The notes beneath the pieces were generated by a model, which did not search any database, was not told where the DNA came from, and was given only the letters and a program-made list of their open reading frames with translations. A stretch of 64,000 bases of DNA. Origin: Candidatus Latescibacterota bacterium (GTDB lineage Bacteria; Latescibacterota; UBA2968). The DNA lies in assembly GCA_965198115.1 (NCBI GenBank), contig OZ240241.1, positions 3,328,001 through 3,392,000 on the forward strand, read 5' to 3'. Position numbers and translations under genes: made by a program. The first letter of the stretch is position 1; each line of letters starts with the position of its first letter. Below, one piece after another: positions 21,742 through 33,202 of this stretch.

Positions 21742-22302
21742 TCATGATGTTGGAGTAATCCACTGAACAACCTCCGCCAACCCCGGCGAGTACTCCCTTA
21801 CCGTCTCCACCCGAATCGTCGGGCAGTCAAGCTCCGGCGCCTCCCACGCCTCCGGCGCCGCCATCTCCCCTATCTCTCGATATTCACGAACCCGCCTGTC
21901 CCCGTGGTAGAACTCCCGCTTCGGCTCCGCCAGCCCCCGCTCCAGATGTCGCCTCGCCGCCACCTCATCATCGATCACGCAAACGACAACGAACACGTCT
22001 CCGATCTCAGCGATCGCGGGCACGTGCGCTGACCACCCCCTGTGCTGAAACGCCGCCTCGATCACAACCGAGACGTTGTTGGCGAGATACTGCTGCACGA
22101 CCTCGAAGAAGAACGTGGACACCACTTTGTTCGTGTCATCCGGCAGCCCATCGTGCCTGACGCCAAACGTGTTGACGTAGCCTTCCTTGATCTCGTCGCG
22201 ACTGATGACCGGCATCCACAGCAGCTCCCCAAGCTTCTTCGAGAGCGTGGTTTTGCCCGACCCAGGTCGCCCCGTGACGATGATGCATTTCGGCTTGCTC
22301 AT
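21742..22302 (-). CDS. AAA_33-like P-loop nucleotide/small-molecule kinase
   Basis: Walker A IIVTGRPGSGKTT, ISRDEIKE, VVIEA. Confidence 0.85.
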   Translation of the reverse strand: MSKPKCIIVTGRPGSGKTTLSKKLGELLWMPVISRDEIKEGYVNTFGVRHDGLPDDTNKVVSTFFFEVVQQYLANNVSVVIEAAFQHRGWSAHVPAIAEIGDVFVVVCVIDDEVAARRHLERGLAEPKREFYHGDRRVREYREIGEMAAPEAWEAPELDCPTIRVETVREYSPGLAEVVQWITPTS

Positions 22303-22654
22303 GTCTTACTCTGATTGATGGTGACTTGGCCGTCCTTCGACTCCGCTCAGGATGACCAAGTCACGGTTCCGCTGTATCACGATCGGACCGTCCGCGATGC
22401 GATGGTGGCCGAACTATGATAGAGTGGCTGGACGAACAGACCAACAGCTACTCGTGACCGAAAGACTTAGCCACGAAGGTGCCCTTCGGTACACTTCGAC
22501 CTGCGGTCGAAAGCACTCAGGACAGGCGAAGACACGAAGAAAACACGGGTATCTGTTTCACGCTCTTCCGGCGCCTTGTCCGATAGTCACAGGGTGTCTA
22601 CATTTCCGTGGTAGAGAAAGTCTGCGAGAGGCGCTTACCATCAAGGGACAATAG

Positions 22655-22900
22655 ATGAGCACCGAGTATAAACTCAAGCTTCAGGTCAAGCGGGTTGAGA
22701 ATGGCGAGTATCTGATCACTTCATCAGATTTGCCAGGCCTCGTCGCACAAGGCAGGACTGTCGCGGAAGCAGCTGAAATAGCGCAAGACGTGGCTAGAAA
22801 GCTGATCGAATCATTTAGAGAACACGACGATCCACTTCCTGCCTCCCTTCAGGGCATCGATGCGGACTCCTTCGAACTCGAGATCCCCGTCGTCGCCTGA
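22655..22900 (+). CDS. hicB: HicB-family antitoxin (short form)
   Basis: YLITSSDLPGLVAQGRTVAEA; coupled to hicA by TGATG overlap. Confidence 0.85.
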   Translation: MSTEYKLKLQVKRVENGEYLITSSDLPGLVAQGRTVAEAAEIAQDVARKLIESFREHDDPLPASLQGIDADSFELEIPVVA

Positions 22901-23124
22901 TGGGCCGCCTTGCAGGCTTCTCATATAGAGAAGTCGCCTCAAAACTCCGATCTCTGGGATTCCGTTTCGACCGCCAGGCTCGAGGAAGCCACGAGATCTG
23001 GCGCCATTCTGAAACGCTGAAGCGCACCACGCTTCCCAATCATCCTCGCGACATTCCGGAAGGTACGCTTTCCGCAATCCTCAGAGAGGCCGGTGTGTCA
23101 ACCGACGAGTTCCTAAACGCATAG
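22900..23124 (+). CDS. hicA: HicA-family toxin
   Basis: LGFRFDRQARGSHEIW...PNHPRDIPEGTLSAILREAG. Confidence 0.9.
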   Translation: MGRLAGFSYREVASKLRSLGFRFDRQARGSHEIWRHSETLKRTTLPNHPRDIPEGTLSAILREAGVSTDEFLNA

Positions 23125-23135
23125 CATCGTCTCCG

Positions 23136-23364
23136 ATGAGCAAGTACGTCATCTGTATCGACAACAAGAGCAATCAAGCAAGTCTGATTCTGGGAAAGTG
23201 TACCGGGTTGTGTCGGACACCGAAGCAGAGTCGCAAGACCTGCTACGCGTCATCGATGAGGACAGTTCCGAACCGGATGGATATCTCTACGCGGGACCAT
23301 GTTCTCGCCAATCGACTTGCCCCAAGAAGCAGAGAGGGCATTAATGGCCGCAGGAGACACCTAA
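23136..23364 (+). CDS. Small hypothetical protein, frameshifted
   Basis: Frame-corrected reading YVICIDN..ASLILGKVYRV..D..A....RVIDED...YLY resembles small proteins found near TA loci; needs indels. Confidence 0.4.
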
Positions 23365-23896
23365 AACTGTGATAGACTATTCAAGCCCTGGGAGACGTTC
23401 TCAGAATTGAAAGGACTCACGTGGGAATTTTGGACGTGGGTCCTTTTCTGTGTGTGCCTGTGATGTAGTTCTCCTCTGTCCAGCCCATCGGCCAGGCTCG
23501 GACCGACTTCTCGACTCCCGCTCGAAGTGACGGTATCTTCCATCTTCACGAGTTCTGACTGCTAAGTTTCAAGATCGTTTTGTGTTTTTGGTGAGAGGCC
23601 GATTGTCATCGAGGTAGCGTAACCCACGGACCACGGGGCACCTCCAATTTTCTCCCCGATAGGGCCACACCAGAGCCTGGGACCCAGGCATCCGTGTCCA
23701 TCAGTGTTCATCTGTGGTTCCCGGTTTTGGTGTCATTGATGTAGCGTCACTGCGACCCCGGGGTCTCCGCGAATCTTCTCCCCGGTAGCGCCACAAAGCT
23801 TGGGCCCAAAGCATTCGTGTTCATCTGTGTTCATTTGTGGTTCCGCTGGTTTTAGGCGCCGAAGGCCAGCGCTACGAACCTGCTTCACTGTGAATC

Positions 23897-24652
23897 ATGC
23901 CGTTCTACGAGAGAGGCGATGTTCGGATCCGCTACGAGGAAGTCGGCTCCGGCTTTCCCCTGCTGGTCATCCCCGGCGGCGGGCTGGACTCCACGGTCGC
24001 GGGACTTGCGAGCCACCCCTTCAACCCAATGGAGGACTTCAAGGACGCGTATCGCGTGATCTCGGCCGACCTGCGCAACGCCAACGACGGCGAATCGTCC
24101 GGCTCCCTCGAGGTCGACCGCCCCTGGGACGCCTACACGGACGACCATCTCGGACTTATGGATCACCTGGGCATCTCCGAGTTCGTTGTACTGGGCTTCT
24201 GCATCGGCGCCCCCTTCATCTGGAACATGCTGCGACGCGCGTCCGACCGTATCATCGCGGCCGTGCTGGCTCAGCCCAGCGGCTTCCGGCCGGAGATGCC
24301 CACGCTCTTCTATGACAGGAACATCGAGGGCTGGGGACAGACGCTCTGCGCCCGCAGACCCGACGTGACCCCGGCCACGGTCGACGCCTTCCTCGATCGG
24401 ATGTATCGCGCGAACGCCGACTTCGTCTTCACGGTCACGCGCGACTTCGTTCGCGAATGCACCACACCCATTCTGGTCCTGCCCGACGACGTCCCCACGC
24501 ACCCCTACGCCGTCGCGATGGAAACAGTGGACCTCGCACCGAACGCCGAAGCCAGCATCTATCCGTGGAAGGACACCCAGGATCACATCGACGAGACGGT
24601 GCGCCACGCGCGCGACTTTCTTCAGACGCACTGCTCCGTGACCGTTCTATAG
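23897..24652 (+). CDS. Alpha/beta hydrolase
   Basis: IRYEEVGSGFPLLVIPGG, ISADLRN, nucleophile elbow LGFCIGA (Cys). Confidence 0.85.
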   Translation: MPFYERGDVRIRYEEVGSGFPLLVIPGGGLDSTVAGLASHPFNPMEDFKDAYRVISADLRNANDGESSGSLEVDRPWDAYTDDHLGLMDHLGISEFVVLGFCIGAPFIWNMLRRASDRIIAAVLAQPSGFRPEMPTLFYDRNIEGWGQTLCARRPDVTPATVDAFLDRMYRANADFVFTVTRDFVRECTTPILVLPDDVPTHPYAVAMETVDLAPNAEASIYPWKDTQDHIDETVRHARDFLQTHCSVTVL

Positions 24653-24691
24653 CCTTATCGCCCATTCCCTCGATCCTCACTGCACATAGAA

Positions 24692-24720
24692 AACGCCCGT
24701 GTCACGACGACACGGGCGTT
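24692..24720. terminator. Bidirectional terminator hairpin
   Basis: AACGCCCGTGTC-acgac-GACACGGGCGTT between convergent genes. Confidence 0.7.
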
Positions 24721-24956
24721 ATTGTTTCCGTTCTGCATAGGCCGCTATGGCCTGCTATACGCCGCAAAACGAATGCAGTGCTTCTTCTATAGTTCGAGCA
24801 CCTCGGCTTCGCTCAGTACAGGCTCCGTCGAAAACTCGCCCGCTGTGTAGAGCGCAGAGGGACTTCTCGACTCCGCTCGAAGTGACCCTGTCTTTGGTCA
24901 TTCTACGGCGTGATTTGTGTTACAGATCGCCCATCAGACGCTCACAGTCACGTCAT

Positions 24957-26213
24957 CTACGGCGTCTTCTCAATCACCTCACCGTTCGTCAGATGGACGA
25001 CGGCCTTCCATTCAGAATCATCGCTCCCAACCTCGACACCCCCATACCGCCAGTTGCTCTGGAAGTTGATCGGAAACGACTCGTCGTAGGATGTGTAGTA
25101 AAGCGTGTCGTCGCGGTAGAAATCGACGTAGCTGATCGTCTCGGGATACAGGCTGCCGAGGCGGATCCAGCGCTCTCCACCATAGGACAAGTTTGGCTCG
25201 AGGCCCTGGAGACAATACTGATCCGCTACAGGCAAATCGGGGACCTCGATCCCGAGGCCTTTTGCCATTCGATGCGCAAAGAACGTGTCCTCACCTTTCG
25301 TGACAGACCAATCCGCGGGTGGTTCCTGTTTTGTCATGTTGTTGTAGTAGCCCCACGACGTTCGCGTCTTGAACGCGACCTCCAGCTGGCCAATCGCCTG
25401 AGAATCCTCGTTACACACGATCGGCTTGTTCTGATTCCAGCTCTTGACCTCCTGAATCATGTTGTAGTAGCGCTGACGCGACTGGCTATTCCCGTGGATC
25501 AGGATGATGTCACTCGCCTCTGCGACTTCGCGGTTTCGATACCCGCCGCCTCCGCTGCATCCGACGGCCATTCCCCCCGACGCACTCCTCGCAAGGTCGA
25601 TCAGGGACGCCATCCCTTCGGGTTGCTGGATAATTGGGTGGTCGGAGAAAGAGCCGATGTTCATTTCGTTGGCCACTTCGATCAGAACGTTCCTGTATCC
25701 GCCGTCCTTCAGGAACTCGGAGGCCGTGGTGACCGCGTTCCGAACCGCACGTCCATCTCGGAGTCGGCGGGCCTGAGATCCGTAGAAGTAACTGACGATG
25801 ACGACCATCCCCAGCGCGTCAGCCCCCCGTATGAGTGTGTCCATCCGCTCGGCATACACAGGATCGAGAGACGTCCCGTCTTCGCCGAATGGATTGTTAT
25901 GAATCGTGTGGTTGTCGACCGTGAAGCAAGGCCCCCCACCCTGGAATCCCGTCGTGAAGGCGCGCAGACCATAGCCATACCACTCGGGGAGTGCATCGAT
26001 CAGGGCCTGCGTGTTCGCAGCAGGATCCCATTGGCCGTGGCCCCACCGGGCGAACCGCTCAGGCGCTTCCTTGTCATCGAAGACCCCCTGGATGAAACGG
26101 GCGTTCATCAGGAGACCGTGCACGTCGAGTGTGCTGGATGCGATGGCCGAGTAGGTCAGCTTGCCGTTGATCAGGAAGGATTCATTTTCGATGGAGACGG
26201 TGGTCTTGCTCAT
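24957..26213 (-). CDS. Putative clan GH-A (GH5-like) TIM-barrel glycoside hydrolase
   Basis: FLINGKLTY, acid/base motif IEVANE, IHGN, KPIVCNED. Confidence 0.65.
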   Translation of the reverse strand: MSKTTVSIENESFLINGKLTYSAIASSTLDVHGLLMNARFIQGVFDDKEAPERFARWGHGQWDPAANTQALIDALPEWYGYGLRAFTTGFQGGGPCFTVDNHTIHNNPFGEDGTSLDPVYAERMDTLIRGADALGMVVIVSYFYGSQARRLRDGRAVRNAVTTASEFLKDGGYRNVLIEVANEMNIGSFSDHPIIQQPEGMASLIDLARSASGGMAVGCSGGGGYRNREVAEASDIILIHGNSQSRQRYYNMIQEVKSWNQNKPIVCNEDSQAIGQLEVAFKTRTSWGYYNNMTKQEPPADWSVTKGEDTFFAHRMAKGLGIEVPDLPVADQYCLQGLEPNLSYGGERWIRLGSLYPETISYVDFYRDDTLYYTSYDESFPINFQSNWRYGGVEVGSDDSEWKAVVHLTNGEVIEKTP

Positions 26214-26301
26214 GGAGTCCTTTCAACATCTGGCGTGATGGCCCATCATTCGGGTGGCAATATATTCGTCTGAGTCAGACTTTGCACAGCCAGGAAACGC
26301 A

Positions 26302-28573
26302 ATGACCAGAACGACCCTCATCATGTCCATCTGGATTGCTCTCCACGTTGCGGGGGTCTTCCTGATTCCCCACGCCGTGGCCGGAGACTCTCCGGTCGAG
26401 TTCCTCGCCAGAAACTGGGGCTTCCATTTCCTCGCCTACTACCCGGCCCCGGCTGCAGTCATCGCATACACGTTAGCGATCGCCACGCTGCTGCCCCCCG
26501 TTCACAACCGTCTTCTGTCGGGGCTTTCACGCCTCGTGCATCACACCCAACAGTATTCGATCCGAGCCGTTTTTGGCGTCGCGAGTTTCGTTACCCTGCC
26601 CGTGTTCTGGCAGTTTCGCCAGAAGTACGCCATCCTCGGTGACGGCTACGTTCGCGCCAGAGAACTGGAACGGGGCCACGTCCACCATCCCGGGGGGCCC
26701 TTCAACTGGGTGCTCGTTCAAGTCTGCTCGGCTTCCCCTCTGGACGGCGTCGAAACCTACCAGGTCGCCAGCGCCCTGCTCGGGATTCCGTTCGTTCTCC
26801 TGTCATTGCTCGTAGCCAGGGAGATCGGACGAAACGCTGTCAGCAGAGCCTTGTGCGGTCTGGCGATCCTGACATCCGGACTGGTCCAGTTCTACTTCGG
26901 CTACATGGAGACCTACTCGGCGGTTCCGGTTCTGATCCTGCTCTTCGTGTGGCTCGTCCTGAAGTCGGACACCGCCCGTTGGGCCGTCGTCCCATCTGCG
27001 CTCGCCCTCGTGCTAGCCCTGATCATCCACCCGCTGACGGGTGTACTGATCCCGGCCGGTCTCTATCTGGTCTGGTACCACCTCGTGAGAGGCCGATCCC
27101 GAGTCCACGCGGCCGTCCTCCTGGGGATCGTCGGGCTCGGGCTGTGGGCCGCCACCATTGCCGGTCTGGTCAACCAGTCGATCCGAGGACTGCTGCCCAT
27201 CTTCCCGACGGAAGACCAGACTTACGCGCTCCTCACGCTGACCAATGCCTGGGAACGACTGAACGGCCTCATTCTGGCAGCCCCCCTCGTGATCCCTGTA
27301 GTCGCCACGGCGATCCTACTCAGCGCACGTGTGACCAGTTTGCGGCCGAGCACGGTTGTCATTCTCGTTTCGGCGGGAACGGGTGCACTCGGTTGCCTCG
27401 GTGGGAACTTTATCCTGGGCAGCCAGGACTGGGACCTGATGGCCGTCGCAAGTTTCCCCGTGCACCTGGCCGTCGCGCTTTACGTGACGCGTCTGCTCGA
27501 GTCCGTCGGCTCAGTCGCCCTCTCCCCGGTTTTCGCGGCTGGCTTGATCCACACGGCTCCGTGGATCCTGCTCAACCATTCAGATCTTTCGATATCACGC
27601 ATGGAGGGCACGCTCCGGGACGAACCCGCCACCTATTTCGAGACCCACGATCCCGTCGTTCGTGCCGCGATGTTCATCGGGGAACAAGGCGGAAAGGAGC
27701 GACGTCGCAATCCGGATGCTGGAAGAGGGAGCGGTAGAGTCCCCTGGCAACTTCGCCATCTGCTTCAACCTCGCCGTCTTCTACTATGAAGAGGAGCGCT
27801 ACCAGGATGCCACCAGGACGGCGCTCCAAGCGCTCGAGATCGTGCCCCACAGTGTCACGATGTATCGGATGCTGGAGGATGTCTACGAACGGACCCTTCA
27901 GGAAGAGGAAGCGAAGAGCGGTCTTCGCGAGCACACCGACGCGCTGATCGCGAAGGCGCACCAGGCATTCAGTCAGGGAGACACGGCGACGGCCACGATG
28001 ATGTGGGGCGGCGCATCGTTCATGGAGCCGGGGGAGCCCAATTTCCTCACCCGGAACGAACGAACATTGCCCCTCCTGATCGACGCTTACCACCTCGATC
28101 CAAACGCGATCAATCCCGTTCCGTGGACCCGAATGCCGGAACAGCTGCAAAGGCTCGGTGATCGGGTCCTGGGACAGTCGCACGCAAAAGCAGCCGAGCT
28201 GTGGCGTGCCGCACTATCTATGGGACGGCAACACGACGCGCTCTACGGGAATCTGGGCGTCGCGTTGTTCCTCGACGGACAGTACTCCGCAGCGGAGAGC
28301 GTCTGGAGAGACGGTCTCAAGGTTTTTCCCGGCGATGCGAGTCTGCTCTTCAAGCTTGCTCAGGTTCTGGAGAAGCTGAAGAGGTACGACGAGGCAGAGG
28401 CGTGCTACCGTGAGGTCATCGACAGAGGAGACGCGGATTCGGAATTCTATGCGGAGTTTCGCCTGCTCCTCGAGCGCCTTGGCAAAACCGAGGAGGCGCG
28501 GAAGATCCGCCAGGCGGGGTTGGAACGTTGGCCCGACGACGAGAGGCTGAAAAGCGAACAAAGCACGCGGTGA
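26302..28573 (+). CDS. Multi-TM membrane protein (GT-C-like) with C-terminal TPR repeats; frameshift ~27695
   Basis: About 12 hydrophobic segments with GDG and FFGY(M)ETY-type motifs (ORF 26254-27789), continuing into TPR repeats (ORF 27662-28573). Confidence 0.65.
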
Positions 28574-28654
28574 GTGGAGAGACCCGCGCATCGACTCCAA
28601 CGTTGGATCACCTCCGCCTTCCACGCTCCCCGAACGAACATCCCACCAGCACCC

Positions 28655-29379
28655 CTGACCGACATCCAGAACTTCGCGCCTTCGTTCTGAGCCGTCCAAA
28701 GGCCTAAGAGCTCTTTGTTTCCTGATAGATTAACGCCCAACGCAAGGTAGACGGCCTTGTTCGTGACGCTTCCATCGTCTCGAATCTTGACGCGGATCGC
28801 GTCCAGATAGACGATCGGATAGATGGTGTCCAGAGGTCTGGACTGCCAGGCCTTGACCTCCTCGATGACATCATCAGTCACACTGGAGAGCAGCGAGGGA
28901 GAGACATCGACCCCGTAGAGCTCCTTCAGGTGCTCCTGAATCGCTCGAGTCGTCATCCCACGGGAATACAGCGAGATGATCGTGTCATCAAACCTGTCGA
29001 ACCGTCTCTGGCGCTTTCTGACGATCTGGGGCTCGAACTCACCATTGCGGTCCCGAGGCACTTCGATCGGGATCGCACCACGGTCGGTCTTCAGTGTCTT
29101 CGGAGTCTTGCCGTTGCGGGAGTTACCACTGTTCTTACCGTCAGAATCGTGCTTCTCGTAGCCCAGGTGGTCGGTTATCTCGCTTTCGAGCATCCGCTCC
29201 ACCAGCCCGGCAGTCAGTTGCTTCAGCAGACCTTTCTCGCCCAGTAGGTCATCGGGACCGTCACAGTTCTTGATCAGCTCATCGAGGAGACGATCGACTT
29301 CAGCATTCCTGGCCATAGAACCTCCTGTTTCTTCACTATAGGATTCTATCACCAGTTACACGGTTAATCTTACACACTC
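28655..29379 (-). mobile_element. Truncated IS256-family element (different from the three full copies)
   Basis: Transposase N-half from ATG 29316 (NSRNGK, VPRDRNGEFEP, YLDAI, EGAKFW), then breaks off; one end GAGTGTGTAAGATTAACCGTGTAAC. Confidence 0.85.
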
Positions 29380-29436
29380 AGACCGACCCCCGCTTTCTCT
29401 GTGTTCTCCGTGTCCTCAGTGGCGCTTTCCTTTCCG

Positions 29437-30741
29437 TCAGATCACCTTAGTCTTCCACTCCCCCTTCCCAAACTTCCGCACCGTCAGAACCCCCTGCAAC
29501 GTCGCGTATACAACCAGCGCCGTCCAGATCCCGTTGATCCCGTATCCCAGCGTGAACGCCAGAACGTACGCCACCGGTAGCCGGACGAACCATTGGGAGA
29601 TGAGCGTGTAATACATTGGCGGCATCGTGTCGCCCGCGCCTCTCAGGCCTCCGCCGCTGGTCTCGGCGGCAGTCAGAAAAGGTTCTGCCAGGACCATTGC
29701 GAGCAGGTAGACCACCCCGATGTCGATCACATCGGTTGCGTCCGTAAACAGTCTCATAAAATGACGCGCGAACAGGAGGGAAGGGACGCCCAGGCACACA
29801 TTCGTGAGGACCGCGATCAGAAGGGTGGTCCAGCCGTTCCGTTCGGCGGCATCAGGATTTTTGGCGCCCAGGCTCTGCCCCACGAGCGCGGTCGCCACCG
29901 TGCCGTAGGCCAGACCGTTCCGGCGGAGGATGCGCTCCATCTGCGTGCCGATCGTGTAGGCGGCCACGGCGATTGTCGAAAGCACCGTCATTCCGATGAA
30001 CTTGAGATAGACCAGGCTCGACCCATTGCGGAAAATGCCCTGGATGCCGGAAGGCACACCAATCTTCAGGAGGCGGCGGGCAAGGGCCCAATCGAATCGG
30101 TAGGACGTCGAGGAGAGAAGTGTGAGATTGAATCGCCCGCTGTAAAGCAGACCGAACCCTACAAGCGTCGCGATCGTGCGACCGGTGAAGCTCCCGACAG
30201 CTGCGCCCATAACGCCCCACGCCGGAAACCCGAAGTGACCGAAGATGAGGACGTAGCTCGTCGAGATCTGAACGGTGCTTGCCAGGACGGCCAGATAGAA
30301 GGGTGTGCGTGTATCGCCCGCACCCTGCAAGCAGCTGGCGACCGCCCGGTTGAGGGTCATAAAAGGGATACCCAGAAAGAACACCTGCAGGTAGGGCGTC
30401 CCCTGGGCGATGACCTCGGGGTCGCTGATGATCGCAGGAAGCAGGAAAGGCGAAATGGCCAGGCTGATCAGCCCGAAGAGGACGCTGAACCCGAACAGTA
30501 GCGTGAACGCCTGCTTGGCGGTGGCGCTGGCCTGTTCCATCGATTCGGCCCCGATGGCCTGGGCGACCATCGTCAGCGCCCCTCTCGAAATCGACATCAT
30601 CAGCGTGAACAGCACGCTCGTGAACGCCTGGGCGATCCCCACGGCAGAGAGGGCGGCCGGTCCGAGCATCCCGACGAGGAAAAGCTGGATCATCCCCACA
30701 GCCGTCTCGGCGTGCCCACCGAACGCAACCGGGATCGTCAT
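29437..30741 (-). CDS. MATE-family efflux transporter (start uncertain)
   Basis: Two-fold repeat with GAGDTRTP / GAGDTMPP, LIFGHFGFPAWGVMGAA, GQSLGAK; many TM helices. Confidence 0.9.
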   Translation of the reverse strand: MTIPVAFGGHAETAVGMIQLFLVGMLGPAALSAVGIAQAFTSVLFTLMMSISRGALTMVAQAIGAESMEQASATAKQAFTLLFGFSVLFGLISLAISPFLLPAIISDPEVIAQGTPYLQVFFLGIPFMTLNRAVASCLQGAGDTRTPFYLAVLASTVQISTSYVLIFGHFGFPAWGVMGAAVGSFTGRTIATLVGFGLLYSGRFNLTLLSSTSYRFDWALARRLLKIGVPSGIQGIFRNGSSLVYLKFIGMTVLSTIAVAAYTIGTQMERILRRNGLAYGTVATALVGQSLGAKNPDAAERNGWTTLLIAVLTNVCLGVPSLLFARHFMRLFTDATDVIDIGVVYLLAMVLAEPFLTAAETSGGGLRGAGDTMPPMYYTLISQWFVRLPVAYVLAFTLGYGINGIWTALVVYATLQGVLTVRKFGKGEWKTKVI

Positions 30742-30972
30742 CGTGACGATCCGGTGTGTCAGCGAGAAGTCGATCCGTTTGGGCGGGTCGTTAGCGGGAT
30801 CAGGTTCTGGAGTGGAATCCGGTATGCGTCATCCTGTGCGATGGTGGGTTTGAAGTAACGCTGTTCGAGAGGTGAGGATCCGGACAGGCTCCTATTAGGA
30901 TGCGCCGAAGAGCACTGGATTCGGGATCGTCTTCCACCACTGCGGCGCGTGTGTGTCGATCTCAACTCCCAA

Positions 30973-31020
30973 CCAGGGGCTGACGCCCCTGGCTATGAAC
31001 AGCCCGCCCCTTCGGGGCTG
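30973..31020. repeat. REP-like double palindrome
   Basis: CCAGGGGCTGACGCCCCTGG...GCCCCTTCGGGGC. Confidence 0.55.
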
Positions 31021-31067
31021 GAACCTGTCGATCCTTTGCTGCTCTCTGCGTTGAAGGCCTTTGACTT

Positions 31068-31928
31068 TCAGGCCAGGCTAAGCGCAGCGCGTTTCGGCAA
31101 CGCCGCCTGAAACGCCGCCACGCTCTCGAAATCATTCAAGGCGTGCCGCAAGTGCAGCGGCTCCGGCTGGCGATACACCGCGTGGATCGCGCGGCGAATC
31201 CGCTTCGTCTTCCGAATCGTCGCGCAGTGGTAGTTGAGCAGATTGAACATCACGGCCGATCCTGCCGGGGCGTGCACATCGACGCCTCCGATCCGTCGCG
31301 GGCGTTCACGCCCGAACGAATCCATCCATCGCGGTTTCTCCGGATGCACATAAGCCGTCTCGCCATCGGCGATCATCAAGGGGTTATCCCCCCAAGTGCT
31401 TTCTCCCCGCTTCTTGGGCCTATGGCGCTTCGTCTCCGCGCTTTCGGGAATGATGCTCGTGCAGTGGGTCGTCTCATCCACGTCGTCCAGGTAGTAGATC
31501 GTCTGGATCCCCGAAGCGAAGTAATCGTTCTGGTCAGCCCCCTCGCAGATGCCGCCGTATTCCCGGTGCCACAGGCGTGACAGCGCCAGCGGATCGTCAT
31601 CGATGTCCTCGGGCGCATCCGCGTCGCACGCTTCCCGTCGCATAAAGCTGAAGCTGCTGAATCGGACGCCCTTCCCCAGAATGGCTTCGATCAAGGGCCA
31701 CGTGTTGGGATGATAGATCACGCGGTCGAACACATCGATCCGGTGCAGGATAGACACTCCGTGCCCGATCGCGTCGTGTCCGGGCCGCTCACCCCATCTC
31801 CCAGTCCTTCGGATGGCAGTCTCGTCAGCATCCATCCCGTCGTTGATCGTCTTCACCTCTTCGGGTGAGAGAGCGCCCTCGATTACGACGTATCCGTTGT
31901 CAGCAAAATGTTTGAGTTGTTCGGTCAT
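31068..31928 (-). CDS. Phytanoyl-CoA dioxygenase (PhyH)-family Fe(II)/2OG enzyme, paralog 1
   Basis: FADNGYVVIEGALS, WHRE, YYLDDV, AGSAVMFN...HCA. Confidence 0.85.
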   Translation of the reverse strand: MTEQLKHFADNGYVVIEGALSPEEVKTINDGMDADETAIRRTGRWGERPGHDAIGHGVSILHRIDVFDRVIYHPNTWPLIEAILGKGVRFSSFSFMRREACDADAPEDIDDDPLALSRLWHREYGGICEGADQNDYFASGIQTIYYLDDVDETTHCTSIIPESAETKRHRPKKRGESTWGDNPLMIADGETAYVHPEKPRWMDSFGRERPRRIGGVDVHAPAGSAVMFNLLNYHCATIRKTKRIRRAIHAVYRQPEPLHLRHALNDFESVAAFQAALPKRAALSLA

Positions 31929-32083
31929 AGGATATCCTTTTGAAACCAGGAACACGAAGGCGCGAAGACGCGAAAAAGATCAGAATACCATCTCCTGACG
32001 CGGGAACATCTCCCAGCCTGGGACCCAGCCCAAACTCTGGAGAGTGACTTGCTTATCTCTGCGGTCTCTGCGTTGAAAGGATT

Positions 32084-32935
32084 TCAGATCTTCCCGATGC
32101 TGGCGCGTTTGGGCATTGCCGATTGAAAGTGCTCCACACTCTTCCACGGATCGACGATGGCGTGGCGGGAGTGGACGGGTTCGGGCTGACGATATCGGAC
32201 GTGAACCGTGCGGCGAATGTTTTCCGTCCTCCGAATCGTGCCGCAGTGCCAGTTCGCGTTGTTGAACACGACGGCCGTACCCGCCTTCCCGAGCACATCC
32301 ACCCCACCGATCCGGCGCGGATTCTCTCGCCCGAATGAATCCATCCACAGCGGCTTGTCCGGATCCACGTAGGACGTCTCGCGATCGTCGATCCGATACT
32401 CCCCTTCCTTCGTCTTCGGGAACTGTCGCTTTGTCTCCACACTCTCCGGGATGAGCGTCGTGCAGTGCGTCGTCTCATCCACATCGTCCAGGTAGTAGAT
32501 GATCTGGATCGCGGGCGTGAAGTAATCGTTCTTGTCCGCGCCCTCGACACAGCCTCGATCTTCGCGATGCCACTGACGTGACAGCACGGTGGGATCGCCA
32601 CCGTCCAGGTCGTCTGGCGGATCGGCCAGACACGGCTCGCGCCGCAGGAAGGACATTCCGGAAACCTGCACACCATCACCAATGATCGCGCGCACCAGCG
32701 GCACGGCGTTCGGATGATGGATCACGCAGTCCAGTGCTTCGGTTCGATGCAACAATTCCGGCGCCACGTTTCCTACCGCATCGTGGCCCGGACGTGGTTT
32801 CATCACCCACTTGTCGGGATGCGCCCTTGCATCGGCGTCGATCCCGTCGTTGATCTTGGCGATCTCTTCCGGAGATAGGGCGCCGTGGAGGACGGTGTAA
32901 CCGTTTTCAGCGAAATGTTTCAGGTGTTCGTCCAT
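32084..32935 (-). CDS. PhyH-family Fe(II)/2OG enzyme, paralog 2
   Basis: True start MDEHLKHFAENGY (the ORF-track N-terminus is IS-derived); WHRED, WHCG. Confidence 0.85.
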   Translation of the reverse strand: MDEHLKHFAENGYTVLHGALSPEEIAKINDGIDADARAHPDKWVMKPRPGHDAVGNVAPELLHRTEALDCVIHHPNAVPLVRAIIGDGVQVSGMSFLRREPCLADPPDDLDGGDPTVLSRQWHREDRGCVEGADKNDYFTPAIQIIYYLDDVDETTHCTTLIPESVETKRQFPKTKEGEYRIDDRETSYVDPDKPLWMDSFGRENPRRIGGVDVLGKAGTAVVFNNANWHCGTIRRTENIRRTVHVRYRQPEPVHSRHAIVDPWKSVEHFQSAMPKRASIGKI

Positions 32936-32979
32936 ACGATCGTCTGGTTGTCGTATCGGTTCACGCCAAATAAAAGGTT

Positions 32980-33006
32980 TAGGGACGGTTCGCGAACCGT
33001 CCCTAC
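32980..33006. repeat. GTAG-type REP palindrome
   Basis: TAGGGACGGTTCGCGAACCGTCCCTAC perfect palindrome next to the CTAG insertion hotspot. Confidence 0.65.
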
Positions 33007-33202
33007 TAGCCTGAATCATGCATGAATTTGAGTTTAGGTTGTTTTGGAGTGATGTGATCACGCACAGGATTTGTTCTCGGCTTCTTCGGATGTCCAAGGT
33101 CCCGTAAGCGGTCTCTACGAGTCGCAAGAGTCACGATTTTCGTCCGGAACAGGTGTTGTTTTGCGACGTGTACATAGCTGTCCCCGGTATAGATCGGCGT
33201 TG

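Noticed and set aside
14272-22113. Diversity-generating retroelement TR/VR pair
   Set aside because: Differences between the two copies are not adenine-specific, and no reverse transcriptase is present.
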